Shown here: positions 20,722-29,730 of the stretch, in pieces
How positions within the stretch are numbered: position 1 is the stretch's first letter
Layout: the number at the start of each line of letters is the position of its first letter
DNA from: an uncultured Clostridia bacterium
GTDB lineage: Bacteria; Bacillota; Clostridia; Lachnospirales; CAG-274
Direction: 5' to 3'
Assembly: GCA_947624015.1 (NCBI GenBank)
Contig: CANQIA010000003.1
Coordinates: forward strand, 101,541 to 133,540
DNA: 32,000 nt
Notes under the pieces: generated by a model
What the model was told of the DNA's origin: nothing
Seen by the model: only the letters and a program-made list of their open reading frames with translations
Databases searched by the model: none
Translations under genes and position numbers: made by a program

Positions 20722-21849
20722 ATGAAAGCAGAAAGTTTAGTCAGAATAATAGGTTCGGATTTTTATACGGGCGTACCGGATTCACAGATAAAGGCGCTTT
20801 GCAATTATCTTATGAATACATACGGCATAGATCCTAAGCATCACTTAATAGCGGCAAATGAAGGCAACTGTACCGCTCTTGCGGCAGGCTATCATCTTGC
20901 CACGGGGAAAGTGCCTGTTGTATACATGCAGAACAGCGGCGAGGGAAATATAATAAACCCGGTCGCATCGCTTCTCAATGACAAGGTTTATGCCATACCC
21001 TGTATATTTATAATAGGATGGAGAGGAGAGCCGGGTATTCACGATGAGCCTCAGCACATATATCAGGGCGAAGTGACCGTAAAGCTCCTTGAGGATATGG
21101 ATATAAAGCCTTTCATAATTGGCACGGATACCACCGATGAAGAAGTTGAAAAGGCTATGTCCGATTTCAGAGAGATATTAGCAAAGGGCAAAAGCGTTGC
21201 CTTTGTAATACGCAAGAACGCTCTGACCTACGACGGAAAAGTCAAGTACGAAAACGATAATAAAATGGTCAGAGAGGAAATAATACAGCATATAGTCAAA
21301 TATACAGGCGAAGACCCTGTTGTTTCAACTACGGGAAAGGCAAGCAGAGAGCTTTTTGAAACCAGAGTTGCAAACGGTCAAAGCCATAAATACGACTTCC
21401 TTACGGTAGGTTCTATGGGACACAGTTCATCCATAGCTTTAGGTATTGCCATAAACAAGCCCGATACAAAAATATGGTGTATTGACGGGGACGGGGCTGT
21501 GCTTATGCATATGGGTTCTATGGCGCTTATGGGCGCAAATGCTCCCCAAAATATGGTGCATATAGTTATAAATAACGGCGCTCATGAAACCGTAGGCGGT
21601 ATGCCGACTGTGGCTGAAAAGATAAACCTTGTTGAGATCGCAAGAGCTTGCGGTTATCCCAATGCTATATGCGTTGACAACTTTAACGACCTTGACAAAG
21701 AGCTTGAAAAAGCAAAGGTCAAAAACGAACTGAGCTTCATTGAGGTAAAGTGTTCCATAGGTGCAAGGGATGATCTTGGCAGACCTACTACTACTGCATT
21801 GGAGAATAAAGAATATTTTGTTGGTTATCTTAAAGAGCTCAGCAATTAG
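20722..21849 (+). CDS. ppd: Phosphonopyruvate decarboxylase (ThDP-dependent)
   Basis: HLIAANEGNCTALAAGYHLATGKVPVVYMQNSGEGNIINPVASL, TTGKASRELFE, CIDGDGAVLMHMGSMALMG ... VINNGAHETVGGMPTVA (ThDP-binding GDG motif). Confidence 0.95.
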   Translation: MKAESLVRIIGSDFYTGVPDSQIKALCNYLMNTYGIDPKHHLIAANEGNCTALAAGYHLATGKVPVVYMQNSGEGNIINPVASLLNDKVYAIPCIFIIGWRGEPGIHDEPQHIYQGEVTVKLLEDMDIKPFIIGTDTTDEEVEKAMSDFREILAKGKSVAFVIRKNALTYDGKVKYENDNKMVREEIIQHIVKYTGEDPVVSTTGKASRELFETRVANGQSHKYDFLTVGSMGHSSSIALGIAINKPDTKIWCIDGDGAVLMHMGSMALMGANAPQNMVHIVINNGAHETVGGMPTVAEKINLVEIARACGYPNAICVDNFNDLDKELEKAKVKNELSFIEVKCSIGARDDLGRPTTTALENKEYFVGYLKELSN

Positions 21850-21867
21850 AATTATTTTTCGGGGTTT

Positions 21868-23064
21868 ATGATGAATAATAAAATTTATTTTTTGAAGCTG
21901 CTTAAATCATATATATATAATAAAAAAATAGAATATGATGAAAATGTTGACTGGTTCGAAATTCTAAGACTTGCGAATATTCATTCTGTTCAGTGTATGA
22001 TATATCTAGCTATTGATAAATTGGATAAAAGACCTCCTATCTATGATGAGTTAAAAAAACTTTTTTTAAAAACTGTACAGATCTCAACTCTTCAGGAAAT
22101 AGGTATGAAGCAAACAATAGCAACGCTTAACGATAATTGCATTGAACATATACTTATAAAAGGATATGTACTTAGAAACTATTATCCTAATAAGGAAGTT
22201 AGGAGTTTTGGCGATATTGATATTCTGGTCGATGAAAGCGATATAAAAAAAGCCAATAATGCTCTTTTAAATATTGGTTTTGAATTCAATGAGGATAAAT
22301 CGGAAAATGCTGTGCAAACATATACAAAAGGTATCTTATGTTTGGAAATGCATACAGACCTAATATATGAACGACTGTTCAACGATTTTGATTATATCAA
22401 CTATTTTCGAGAGAAAATAAAAAATAAAGAGCATGTCAAAAATTATACTTATACATATGAACTCAAAAAAGAGGATCATTTTATATATATTCTTGTTCAT
22501 CTTGCCAAGCATTTTTATAACATCGGTGCAGGAATAAGAATGGTTCTGGATATAGTTGTATTTTTAAATAAATTTGGCAAAGTAATTGATTTTAAATATA
22601 TAGAAAACGAGCTTGACTCTATACAGCTCAAATATTTTTCTAATGTTATTTTTTATATTTGCAAAAAATACTTTGATACGGATATTGAATGTACACCGAT
22701 CGATGATAAGAAATTAGAACAGATAATTGATTATATTTTGGAACATGGTGTATTTGGCTTTGACAATATAGCGGTGCAGAGCGTTATGCTTAGGAACAAC
22801 GGAGATAAAGGTATCAAGTTATTTTTAAAAATGATGTTTCCTGATATGGCAGTTATGACAAGGATCTATCCATGGTTCAAAAACGGCAATAAATATATGC
22901 TTCCTTATGCATGGTTAAGGAGATGGTTATATCTGCTTACTAACAAAAATAAACGAAATGAAATTGGAACAAAGCTATCTGCTATTATGGATGATGATAT
23001 AGATGTAAATAAACATACTGAAATGATAAAATCTTTTGGACTAAAGCAAGATCGTCATACATAA
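21868..23064 (+). CDS. Uncharacterised nucleotidyltransferase family protein (PF14907-like), paralog 2
   Basis: Alignable along its length with the 13083-14255 product (IHSVQCMIYLAIDKLDKRPPIYDELK; ILIKGYVLRNYYPNKEVRSFGDIDILVDE). Confidence 0.8.
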   Translation: MMNNKIYFLKLLKSYIYNKKIEYDENVDWFEILRLANIHSVQCMIYLAIDKLDKRPPIYDELKKLFLKTVQISTLQEIGMKQTIATLNDNCIEHILIKGYVLRNYYPNKEVRSFGDIDILVDESDIKKANNALLNIGFEFNEDKSENAVQTYTKGILCLEMHTDLIYERLFNDFDYINYFREKIKNKEHVKNYTYTYELKKEDHFIYILVHLAKHFYNIGAGIRMVLDIVVFLNKFGKVIDFKYIENELDSIQLKYFSNVIFYICKKYFDTDIECTPIDDKKLEQIIDYILEHGVFGFDNIAVQSVMLRNNGDKGIKLFLKMMFPDMAVMTRIYPWFKNGNKYMLPYAWLRRWLYLLTNKNKRNEIGTKLSAIMDDDIDVNKHTEMIKSFGLKQDRHT

Positions 23065-23261
23065 ACCGAAATTATATAAATATATATTGCAGGTTTCGAT
23101 GGATATAAAAATAGCAGAAATTTTGTTATACCACAGTTAGAAGTAAGGGTAACAAAACAAATAAGAAAATCTCAATTTATGATGACTCAGATCCCGGTAT
23201 CTATTAAAAAGATAATCAGATTTATTTTGTTATGCCTTCTTTTTTATGAGGAGAATAAATA

Positions 23262-23780
23262 ATGGATTTAAAAAAACTGAACTATTTAGTCATAGATGTT
23301 GATGGAACAATGACCGACGGTGGGATTTATTATGATGAGAACGGAAGCGAAATAAAAAAATTTAATACCAGGGATGCGGCAGGCTTTTTTGCTGCAAAAG
23401 CGGCAGGAATAAAAATAATTGTACTGACGGGCAGAGAGTGTGCGGCTACGACCCGAAGAATGAATGAGTTAAAGGTTGATTTTATTTTTCAGAACATAAA
23501 AAACAAAAAAGAATTCTTGTCAGTGTTTATGGAAGAAAAGAATATCGTCAGAAAAGAAATTGGTTATATAGGCGATGATCTCAATGACCTTGCGCCAATG
23601 AAGCTAACGGGATATATAGCTTGTCCATCCGACAGTTGTCGGGAAATAAAAGATATAGCTGATTATATAAGCTCCAATAAAGGCGGTCATGGCGCAGTAC
23701 GGGATATAATAGAACACATATTGCGCGAGCGTGGAATATGGAATAAAGTTGTATCAGAAATTTATATGAGCGGTATATAA
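23262..23780 (+). CDS. KdsC-type HAD-IIIA phosphatase
   Basis: LVIDVDGTMTDGGIYYDENGSEIKKFNTRDAAGFFAAKAAGIKIIVLTGREC, IGYIGDDLNDLAPMKLTGY and SNKGGHGAVRDIIE match the KdsC / CMP-nonulosonate-associated phosphatase pattern. The substrate is unknown. Confidence 0.85.
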   Translation: MDLKKLNYLVIDVDGTMTDGGIYYDENGSEIKKFNTRDAAGFFAAKAAGIKIIVLTGRECAATTRRMNELKVDFIFQNIKNKKEFLSVFMEEKNIVRKEIGYIGDDLNDLAPMKLTGYIACPSDSCREIKDIADYISSNKGGHGAVRDIIEHILRERGIWNKVVSEIYMSGI

Positions 23781-23884
23781 GAATTAATAAAAAGGATAAA
23801 TTATGTTTTAGAAATATAAACAGAAATTAACAATTTAAGTCTTAATGTGATTAAAAATAAAGTTTTTTATATACTTGGAGAAGT

Positions 23885-24166
23885 GTAACTGACATTGATG
23901 TAGAAAAGGGGTTAATATCAACAAAATCGCCCAAAGTAGATTATAGCAATGTGATAATAGCAAAAGCCTGCGGTTGTCTAAATGTAGTGTGCGTTGACAA
24001 CTTTAACGACCTTGACAAAGAGCTTGAAAAAGCAAAGGTCAAAAACAAACTGAGCTTCATTGAGGTAAAGTGTTCCATAAGTGCAAGGGATGATCTTGGC
24101 AGACCTACTACTACTGCATTGGAGAATAAAGAAAACTTTATGGATTACATAGAAAAATTGAAATAA
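23885..24166 (+). pseudogene. Fragment related to the 3' end of phosphonopyruvate decarboxylase
   Basis: 23990-24133 matches 21670-21813 with 2 mismatches in 144 bp (at 21727/24047 and 21760/24080). The translated fragment CVDNFNDLDKELEKAKVKNKLSFIEVKCSISARDDLGRPTTTALENKE equals the ppd C-terminal region. Confidence 0.85.
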
Positions 24167-24395
24167 TAAAAATGTAATATAAGCATGGTATGTTCTTCAA
24201 GGGGTTGTACTTTGGGATTTTTAGAATATTTTTTGCAAACCACCGAGCTTGTGCTTAATATTGTTTACAAGGTAAAGTATAGATATTTTTTGATGAATTT
24301 AACTACGGCATCCGATTTAGATATATCGAATGCCGTAAAGCTATATAATATTAATATTGAGTATTTATACAAATTTAATTATTTATAATTTCAAC

Positions 24396-25730
24396 TCAGC
24401 AATAATTAACTTGATCTTTCCAGCTCTGCCACAATATAAGAGAGGAAGCACTACTTGGTACCATATCAAACCATCTAAACTTATTTTCAAAGCTTATGCG
24501 GCTATTGTCGTTATATTTATAATTTAAAAATCTTCCGGAAATACCATCAGGTAATATGCATATAAAATTAGAATCAAAATCTGCTGTGTTTAAAAAATAA
24601 ATATAGTCTCCATCTCTTGTAAGATTAGGATTTTCATGCTTATATTCTACTAGAGTATTAAATTTCATATATACTTGTTCGGATGTAATATTTAATTTTA
24701 TATAAATAAGTAATTGTGGTTTACCTCCTTCTACTAAATTCCTGTAAATATATATTATTTTGCACTTATCAATATTATTATTGTCTATATTTAGTTCATC
24801 CTTGGCTTCTTTTTTTATTGCATTATAAATTCCATCCTTTATATCCTTAGCTTCCTTTATATATTTATATTTAAAAGATGCTTGAACACCTAGCCCTAAA
24901 TTATCTTTTTCTACGGAAAGATTTTTGGAGCGTTTTACAAATACTATTTTTTCATCAATTGTTTCTACTACTGCATTAAAGCCCAAATGATTTGATAATT
25001 TAGAATCGCTTAATGAACCTACTGAATTATCTAAAACAAATAGCTTTCTAAGATTAATGTTTCCATTAATTCTAAAATCCATAGCCCTGTTTGTAATAAG
25101 GGAATAAAAATATTGGGTTTCTCCCAAGTATACTTTTATAAAGTTTTTGTCTTTATCTATATGATTTACCCGATATAATTTGTTGTTATATTTTGTACTT
25201 TGTGAATGAGCTGAGAATAAAAAATTATGATTTTCAATTGAAAAGATAGGCGGCTTGTATTTTTTATCACTTTCAAATTCAAATAATAATATATTCTCGT
25301 CTATAATAATATATTCAGGTATAAGAGGACTTTTAATTTCTGCCCCATATGTACAATTTGAGACATTATTTGTGTGCTTTTTTGCTAATTTAAGATTTCT
25401 TTTGCTTACGCATTTCTGGGTATATTTCATTAAATTATCTTTGCTATAAATTTCACATAGTTTAGCATAATCTTCTGAAAGCTTATCGCTATCTTCTAAT
25501 ATTTTTTTAAAAAAATTAAAACAAAAGATATATACTATCAATGCAGCAAACAAAGTTGCCAAAATGTTAATAGTAAATGTGTACGCTATGCTATTTTTAT
25601 AGGCACGAAAAAAATACATTGCAGATGCTATAATTATGATAATTATAGTTACAAGAGCATATGTATATTGCCCCTTTTCACTAAATTTCCTAAGAAATCT
25701 ATATATTCTGTTTTTATTTTTTCTTCTCAT
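24396..25730 (-). CDS. Two-TM membrane protein with a C-terminal cytoplasmic domain, possibly Nudix-like
   Basis: TM1 YTYALVTIIIIIIASAMYFF and TM2 NILATLFAALIVYIFCF. Downstream: GFNAVVETIDEKIVFVKRS ... GIYNAIKKEAKDELNI, which resembles the REUxEExGU part of a Nudix box. AAAGGAGG precedes the ATG at 25730; the ORF track starts at 25754. Confidence 0.6.
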   Translation of the reverse strand: MRRKNKNRIYRFLRKFSEKGQYTYALVTIIIIIIASAMYFFRAYKNSIAYTFTINILATLFAALIVYIFCFNFFKKILEDSDKLSEDYAKLCEIYSKDNLMKYTQKCVSKRNLKLAKKHTNNVSNCTYGAEIKSPLIPEYIIIDENILLFEFESDKKYKPPIFSIENHNFLFSAHSQSTKYNNKLYRVNHIDKDKNFIKVYLGETQYFYSLITNRAMDFRINGNINLRKLFVLDNSVGSLSDSKLSNHLGFNAVVETIDEKIVFVKRSKNLSVEKDNLGLGVQASFKYKYIKEAKDIKDGIYNAIKKEAKDELNIDNNNIDKCKIIYIYRNLVEGGKPQLLIYIKLNITSEQVYMKFNTLVEYKHENPNLTRDGDYIYFLNTADFDSNFICILPDGISGRFLNYKYNDNSRISFENKFRWFDMVPSSASSLILWQSWKDQVNYC

Positions 25731-26236
25731 GACATATCCTCCTTTAACTAACATTATAACACATTTTTTTATTAAATCAATACATAATTTAAAAATACTT
25801 AAAGACTTATTTTAAACGCTGAAGGAATTTTTGGATTTGACATTTTTATTTTGAGAATATTAATTTATTGTTCCTTAAAATAATATGTTTGTCAGAGATT
25901 GATCCAATGAATAATTTGATAATTTTTTTATAAAAATATTCTCGGGATAATTATTGTATTCTTTTAGATCTTGAACAGTTTTTCGTGTAGCAATCTTTTT
26001 TTATATTATTATATTGAATTGATATGTTAAAAACTGTTTAATGTATTTGATTATGTATCTGGCATTTATGATATTGAAATACAATAATTGTTTATTGTTT
26101 TATCTTGTCCTAAAAATCTACGCCAGTGATTATATTACAGGAACTCCAAAGGATCTTTATATATTGCTCTATAAAAGCTAAGTACTATAAATAGTTCTGT
26201 TATTGTTTTCATAAAGATATACTGTATAAATTTACA

Positions 26237-26276
26237 TTAAAAAAGCACCCTTGAATTTTTCAAAAGTGCTTTTTTA
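26237..26276. terminator. Bidirectional-looking intrinsic terminator, likely ending the minus-strand thi operon
   Basis: TTAAAAAAGCAC (26237-26248) and GTGCTTTTTTAA (26265-26276) are perfect inverted repeats of 12 bp, with an additional inner TTGAA/TTCAA pairing. Confidence 0.85.
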
Positions 26277-26393
26277 ATGCCGCATTATTTTGCTCTTCTT
26301 GGAAACAAAATATAAATTTGTAAGTTCCATAAGCTTTTTTGTGTGCAGGGGCGCTGTTTCGCTGTAACTTTTTGCAGATATATTATATCGGAT

Positions 26394-26939
26394 CTATTCC
26401 TCTTTCATTTTCATGCTTTCGGACATCATACACACGCCAAAAGCCCCGACGTTTATGCAGCTTAAGGCGTTTTGGGGATCTATGCCGCCAAGGGCATACA
26501 CGGGTATATCTACAGCCTTGCATATTTTTTCAAGCTCTGCAAGTCCCTTTGGAGCAAGACCCTTTTTGCAGTCGGTTTCAAAAATATGGCTGAAGGTAAT
26601 ATAGCTTGCTCCGTAATTTTGGCAGGTCAAAGCCTCATTGATGCTGTGGGTGGATACGCCCTTTAATTCAAAATCCCTTATGAGGTCCCTATTTTCGATA
26701 AAAAGAGAGTAGGGCAAGTGTATTTTTTTGTATCCAAGCTCAAGCGCCGTGTTGATAAATGTATGGAGTATTATTTTATCGCTTATATCAATTGCTCTTT
26801 TGGCAAGAAAAGTATACTCCGCTTGAGGCAGATCCTTTTCCCTGAGTATTATATACCGATAATCGGATCTGTGGAGTATTTCGATCTGCTTAAGCAGATC
26901 ATCTGTTAAATTCCTGTTTGTTATAGCTATTTTAAACAT
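26394..26939 (-). CDS. ThiE/TenI-family protein (thiamine phosphate synthase or thiazole tautomerase)
   Basis: AITNRNL, GVSTHSINEALTCQNYGASYITFSHIFETDCKKGLAPKGLAELEKIC, PVYALGGIDPQNALSCINVGAFGVCMM. Starts within the thiH 3' end. Confidence 0.85.
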   Translation of the reverse strand: MFKIAITNRNLTDDLLKQIEILHRSDYRYIILREKDLPQAEYTFLAKRAIDISDKIILHTFINTALELGYKKIHLPYSLFIENRDLIRDFELKGVSTHSINEALTCQNYGASYITFSHIFETDCKKGLAPKGLAELEKICKAVDIPVYALGGIDPQNALSCINVGAFGVCMMSESMKMKEE

Positions 26940-28092
26940 ATATGTATTCGCTCATTACAGGCTGTAAGCCCTGTTCCTTAATAGCCTTATATACTTCTTC
27001 CACATTCCTGCCGTCGGAGATCTCAAACTGCTCGTCCCCCTTGCGCTTTCCGTCATCGCCATGACCGCCTATGCCTACATCCACGCCGGCTGATATTTTT
27101 GTAGCCGCAATTTTTATAATATTGTCCCTGAATCTCTGACATTCCCTTGTAGAGATAGTAATGCTTGCAAAAGGCATAAATATCCTGTATGCGCATATTA
27201 CCTGCAAAAGCTGAGGCTCATGTACGTCCTTGGGATTTATTTTATCGTTATTTATAATAGGTCTGAGCCTTGGGCAAGAAAAAGCAATATCGGCATGAGG
27301 ATATTTTTTCTGTATGAGATATGCGTGCATACCTGTTGCAAAGGCGTCTTTTCTGAAATCGTCAAGTCCCAGAAGAGCGGCAAAGCCAACACCGCGCATT
27401 CCGCCTCTTATAGCTCTTTCTTGGGCGTTAAGGCGATAGGGGAATATTCTCTTGTGTCCCTCCAGATGAAGAGTTTCATATTTATCGGAATTGTATGTTT
27501 CCTGAAATACCGTTACATAATCTGCGCCGCATTCGTGAAGATATCTGTATTCATCCGTGTTCATAGGATAAACTTCAAGTCCCACTACCTTGAAATATTT
27601 GCTAGCCAGCTTACATGCCATGCCTATGTATTTCACATCGGACATATTTCTGCTTTCGCCCGTAAGTATAAGTACTTCTTCAAGCCCCGTATCGGCAATG
27701 GCTTTCATTTCTTTTTCGATCTCTTCCTCATTGAGCTTTGCTCTGTTTATTTTGTTATGACAGTTGAAGCCGCAGTATATACAATAGTTTTCACAGTAGT
27801 TGGCTATGTAAAGGGGAGTAAACATATTTATGCTGTTGCCGAAATGCTTTCTGGTCTCAGCCATAGCCCTCTTAGCCATTTCTTCCAAGAAATTACCTGC
27901 GGCGGGAGAGAGCAGCGCTCCGAAATCATAGGGCGTAAGCACATCCGCTTTCAGAGCCTCCTCTACGTCAGATACTGTATATTTATCGGGATCGTAGTCA
28001 TTTCTTGCCTTTATGACCTTGTCCTGTATCTCCGAGCCTATGTTCTCCATATCCGGTAGATATGTCATGTGATCTATTCTTTTCTGTTCCAT
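26932..28092 (-). CDS. thiH: 2-iminoacetate synthase, radical SAM
   Basis: LYIANYCENYCIYCGFNCHNKINR (CxxxCxxC), ILILTGE-type motif (VLILTGESRNMSD), and C-terminal STRECQRFRDNIIKIAATKISAGVDVGIGGH. Confidence 0.97.
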   Translation of the reverse strand: MEQKRIDHMTYLPDMENIGSEIQDKVIKARNDYDPDKYTVSDVEEALKADVLTPYDFGALLSPAAGNFLEEMAKRAMAETRKHFGNSINMFTPLYIANYCENYCIYCGFNCHNKINRAKLNEEEIEKEMKAIADTGLEEVLILTGESRNMSDVKYIGMACKLASKYFKVVGLEVYPMNTDEYRYLHECGADYVTVFQETYNSDKYETLHLEGHKRIFPYRLNAQERAIRGGMRGVGFAALLGLDDFRKDAFATGMHAYLIQKKYPHADIAFSCPRLRPIINNDKINPKDVHEPQLLQVICAYRIFMPFASITISTRECQRFRDNIIKIAATKISAGVDVGIGGHGDDGKRKGDEQFEISDGRNVEEVYKAIKEQGLQPVMSEYIYV

Positions 28093-28102
28093 AGTACACC
28101 TC

Positions 28103-28864
28103 TTAATCCTGTAAAAATCCTGTTAAAGGAGATGATGCGCTTGCCTTTTCTATAACTCTGCCCATACCTGAAAGATATGCGGTACGTCCGGCTTCAATGG
28201 CTTTCTTGAATGCTTCCGCCATTGCAGGTATATCCCCGGCTGTGGCAATAGCCGTATTTGCCATAACAGCCGCCGCTCCCATTTCCATAGCCTCGCACGC
28301 CTGAGACGGCTTGCCTATGCCTGCGTCTACTATTATAGGCAGATCGATCTCTTCAATAAGTATTTTAATAAAGTCCTTTGTGCAAATGCCCTTGTTGGAG
28401 CCAATAGGCGCTCCGAGAGGCATTATGGATGCCGCTCCCGCATTTACAAGATCTCTGGCGGCATTTAAGTCGGGATACATATAGGGCATTACAATAAAGC
28501 CCTCTTTGGCAAGTATTTCGGTAGCCTTTATTGTTTCATAGTTGTCGGGCAGCAGATATTTGGAATCGTGTATTACCTCTATCTTTACAAAATCGCCGCA
28601 GCCAACCTCTCTTGAAAGCCTGGCTATCCTTACTGCTTCTTCGGCATTTCTTGCGCCCGATGTATTTGGCAGCAGAGTAATGCCCTTTGGTATGTAGTCC
28701 AGTATATTGTCGGCGTTTGAATTTGCACGTCTTAATGCAAGAGTTATTATTTCGGCTCCGGCATTTTCAACGGCTGCCTTAATAAGCTCAAGAGAGTATT
28801 TGCCTGAGCCGAGTATGAATCTTGAATTGAATTCGTGTCCTGCTATTATTAATTTGTCCTTCAT
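28103..28864 (-). CDS. thiG: Thiazole synthase
   Basis: [111 protein letters not shown]. Confidence 0.97.
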   Translation of the reverse strand: MKDKLIIAGHEFNSRFILGSGKYSLELIKAAVENAGAEIITLALRRANSNADNILDYIPKGITLLPNTSGARNAEEAVRIARLSREVGCGDFVKIEVIHDSKYLLPDNYETIKATEILAKEGFIVMPYMYPDLNAARDLVNAGAASIMPLGAPIGSNKGICTKDFIKILIEEIDLPIIVDAGIGKPSQACEAMEMGAAAVMANTAIATAGDIPAMAEAFKKAIEAGRTAYLSGMGRVIEKASASSPLTGFLQD

Positions 28865-28887
28865 TGTTATTCTCCTTTTATTATATA

Positions 28888-29523
28888 TTAATTTAGATCA
28901 CACAACAGCAACCGCAATACCGTATTAGCCTGATGCATGGCACATATGCCTACTCTGGGAGCCATAAGTCCCATGCCGTTTTCTATGCCGGATACCATAT
29001 CGCCGCAAATATAAAGGCGATCGTTTATTTTACGGCTCTGTATCGTATTGCCTGTGTCAAAGCCTGCCATGCCGGATGCGGATACTACCGTAAAGTCCTC
29101 GGGGGATGTAAGCAAGGTGTTTATGAGCATTGCCTTGCTTTCAGCCTTGTCAAAGCATTCGCATACGATGCTGTGATCCTTAAAGAGTTCAACGGCGTTG
29201 CTTTCGGTTATCTTTATTTTTTTGCGCTTAATCTTTATTATGGGATTGACTGCCCTTATTTTATTTGCAAGCGCCACAGTTTTTGCCTTTCCTATGTCGG
29301 AGATATCATACTGCTGTCTGTTAAGGTTTGTAATGTCTACCCTGTCAAAATCCACAATAAAAAGCTCTCCGATTCCCGCTCTTGCCAGAGCTAAGGCAAC
29401 ATTGGAACCAAGACCGCCCAAGCCCGCTACGGCAACCTTTGAATTTATTAGCTTGTGGTATATATCGCTGCCGTGCCGCATTATAAGGGCATTTATAAAT
29501 TCGTTATTTGTCATATCAACCAC
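28888..29523 (-). CDS. thiF: ThiF-family sulfur-carrier adenylyltransferase
   Basis: [44 protein letters not shown] is the E1-like/ThiF nucleotide-binding motif. Located between thiS and thiG. Confidence 0.93.
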   Translation of the reverse strand: MVDMTNNEFINALIMRHGSDIYHKLINSKVAVAGLGGLGSNVALALARAGIGELFIVDFDRVDITNLNRQQYDISDIGKAKTVALANKIRAVNPIIKIKRKKIKITESNAVELFKDHSIVCECFDKAESKAMLINTLLTSPEDFTVVSASGMAGFDTGNTIQSRKINDRLYICGDMVSGIENGMGLMAPRVGICAMHQANTVLRLLLCDLN

Positions 29524-29713
29524 CGCCTACAAAGTTGACTATCTCTATAATATCCTCATCGTTTATTATATAGCTGTCGTACTCCTTCTTTGAGAGTATA
29601 CTGCCGTTTACTTCAACGGCAATGCGGGTCTTATTGTAGCCGTTTTCGTCAAGATATTGCCCCAGGGTATTGCCTTTTGCTTCGGGAGCTGCCTTTCCGT
29701 TTATTTTTATCAT
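29516..29713 (-). CDS. thiS: Sulfur carrier protein ThiS
   Basis: 65-aa ubiquitin-like protein ending ...IVNFVGGG (C-terminal GG), first gene of the thi operon. RBS GAAAGGAG upstream. Confidence 0.95.
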   Translation of the reverse strand: MIKINGKAAPEAKGNTLGQYLDENGYNKTRIAVEVNGSILSKKEYDSYIINDEDIIEIVNFVGGG

Positions 29714-29730
29714 ATTTTTCTCCTTTCAAA

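Noticed and set aside
23951-24166. Genuine 71-aa protein-coding gene
   Set aside because: Most of it is a near-identical copy of the ppd C-terminus without the ThDP-binding or catalytic portions. It is more likely a fragment.
27220-28059. Plus-strand 279-aa ORF as a membrane protein gene
   Set aside because: It is entirely antisense to thiH, which has a full radical-SAM signature. It is an open-frame shadow.
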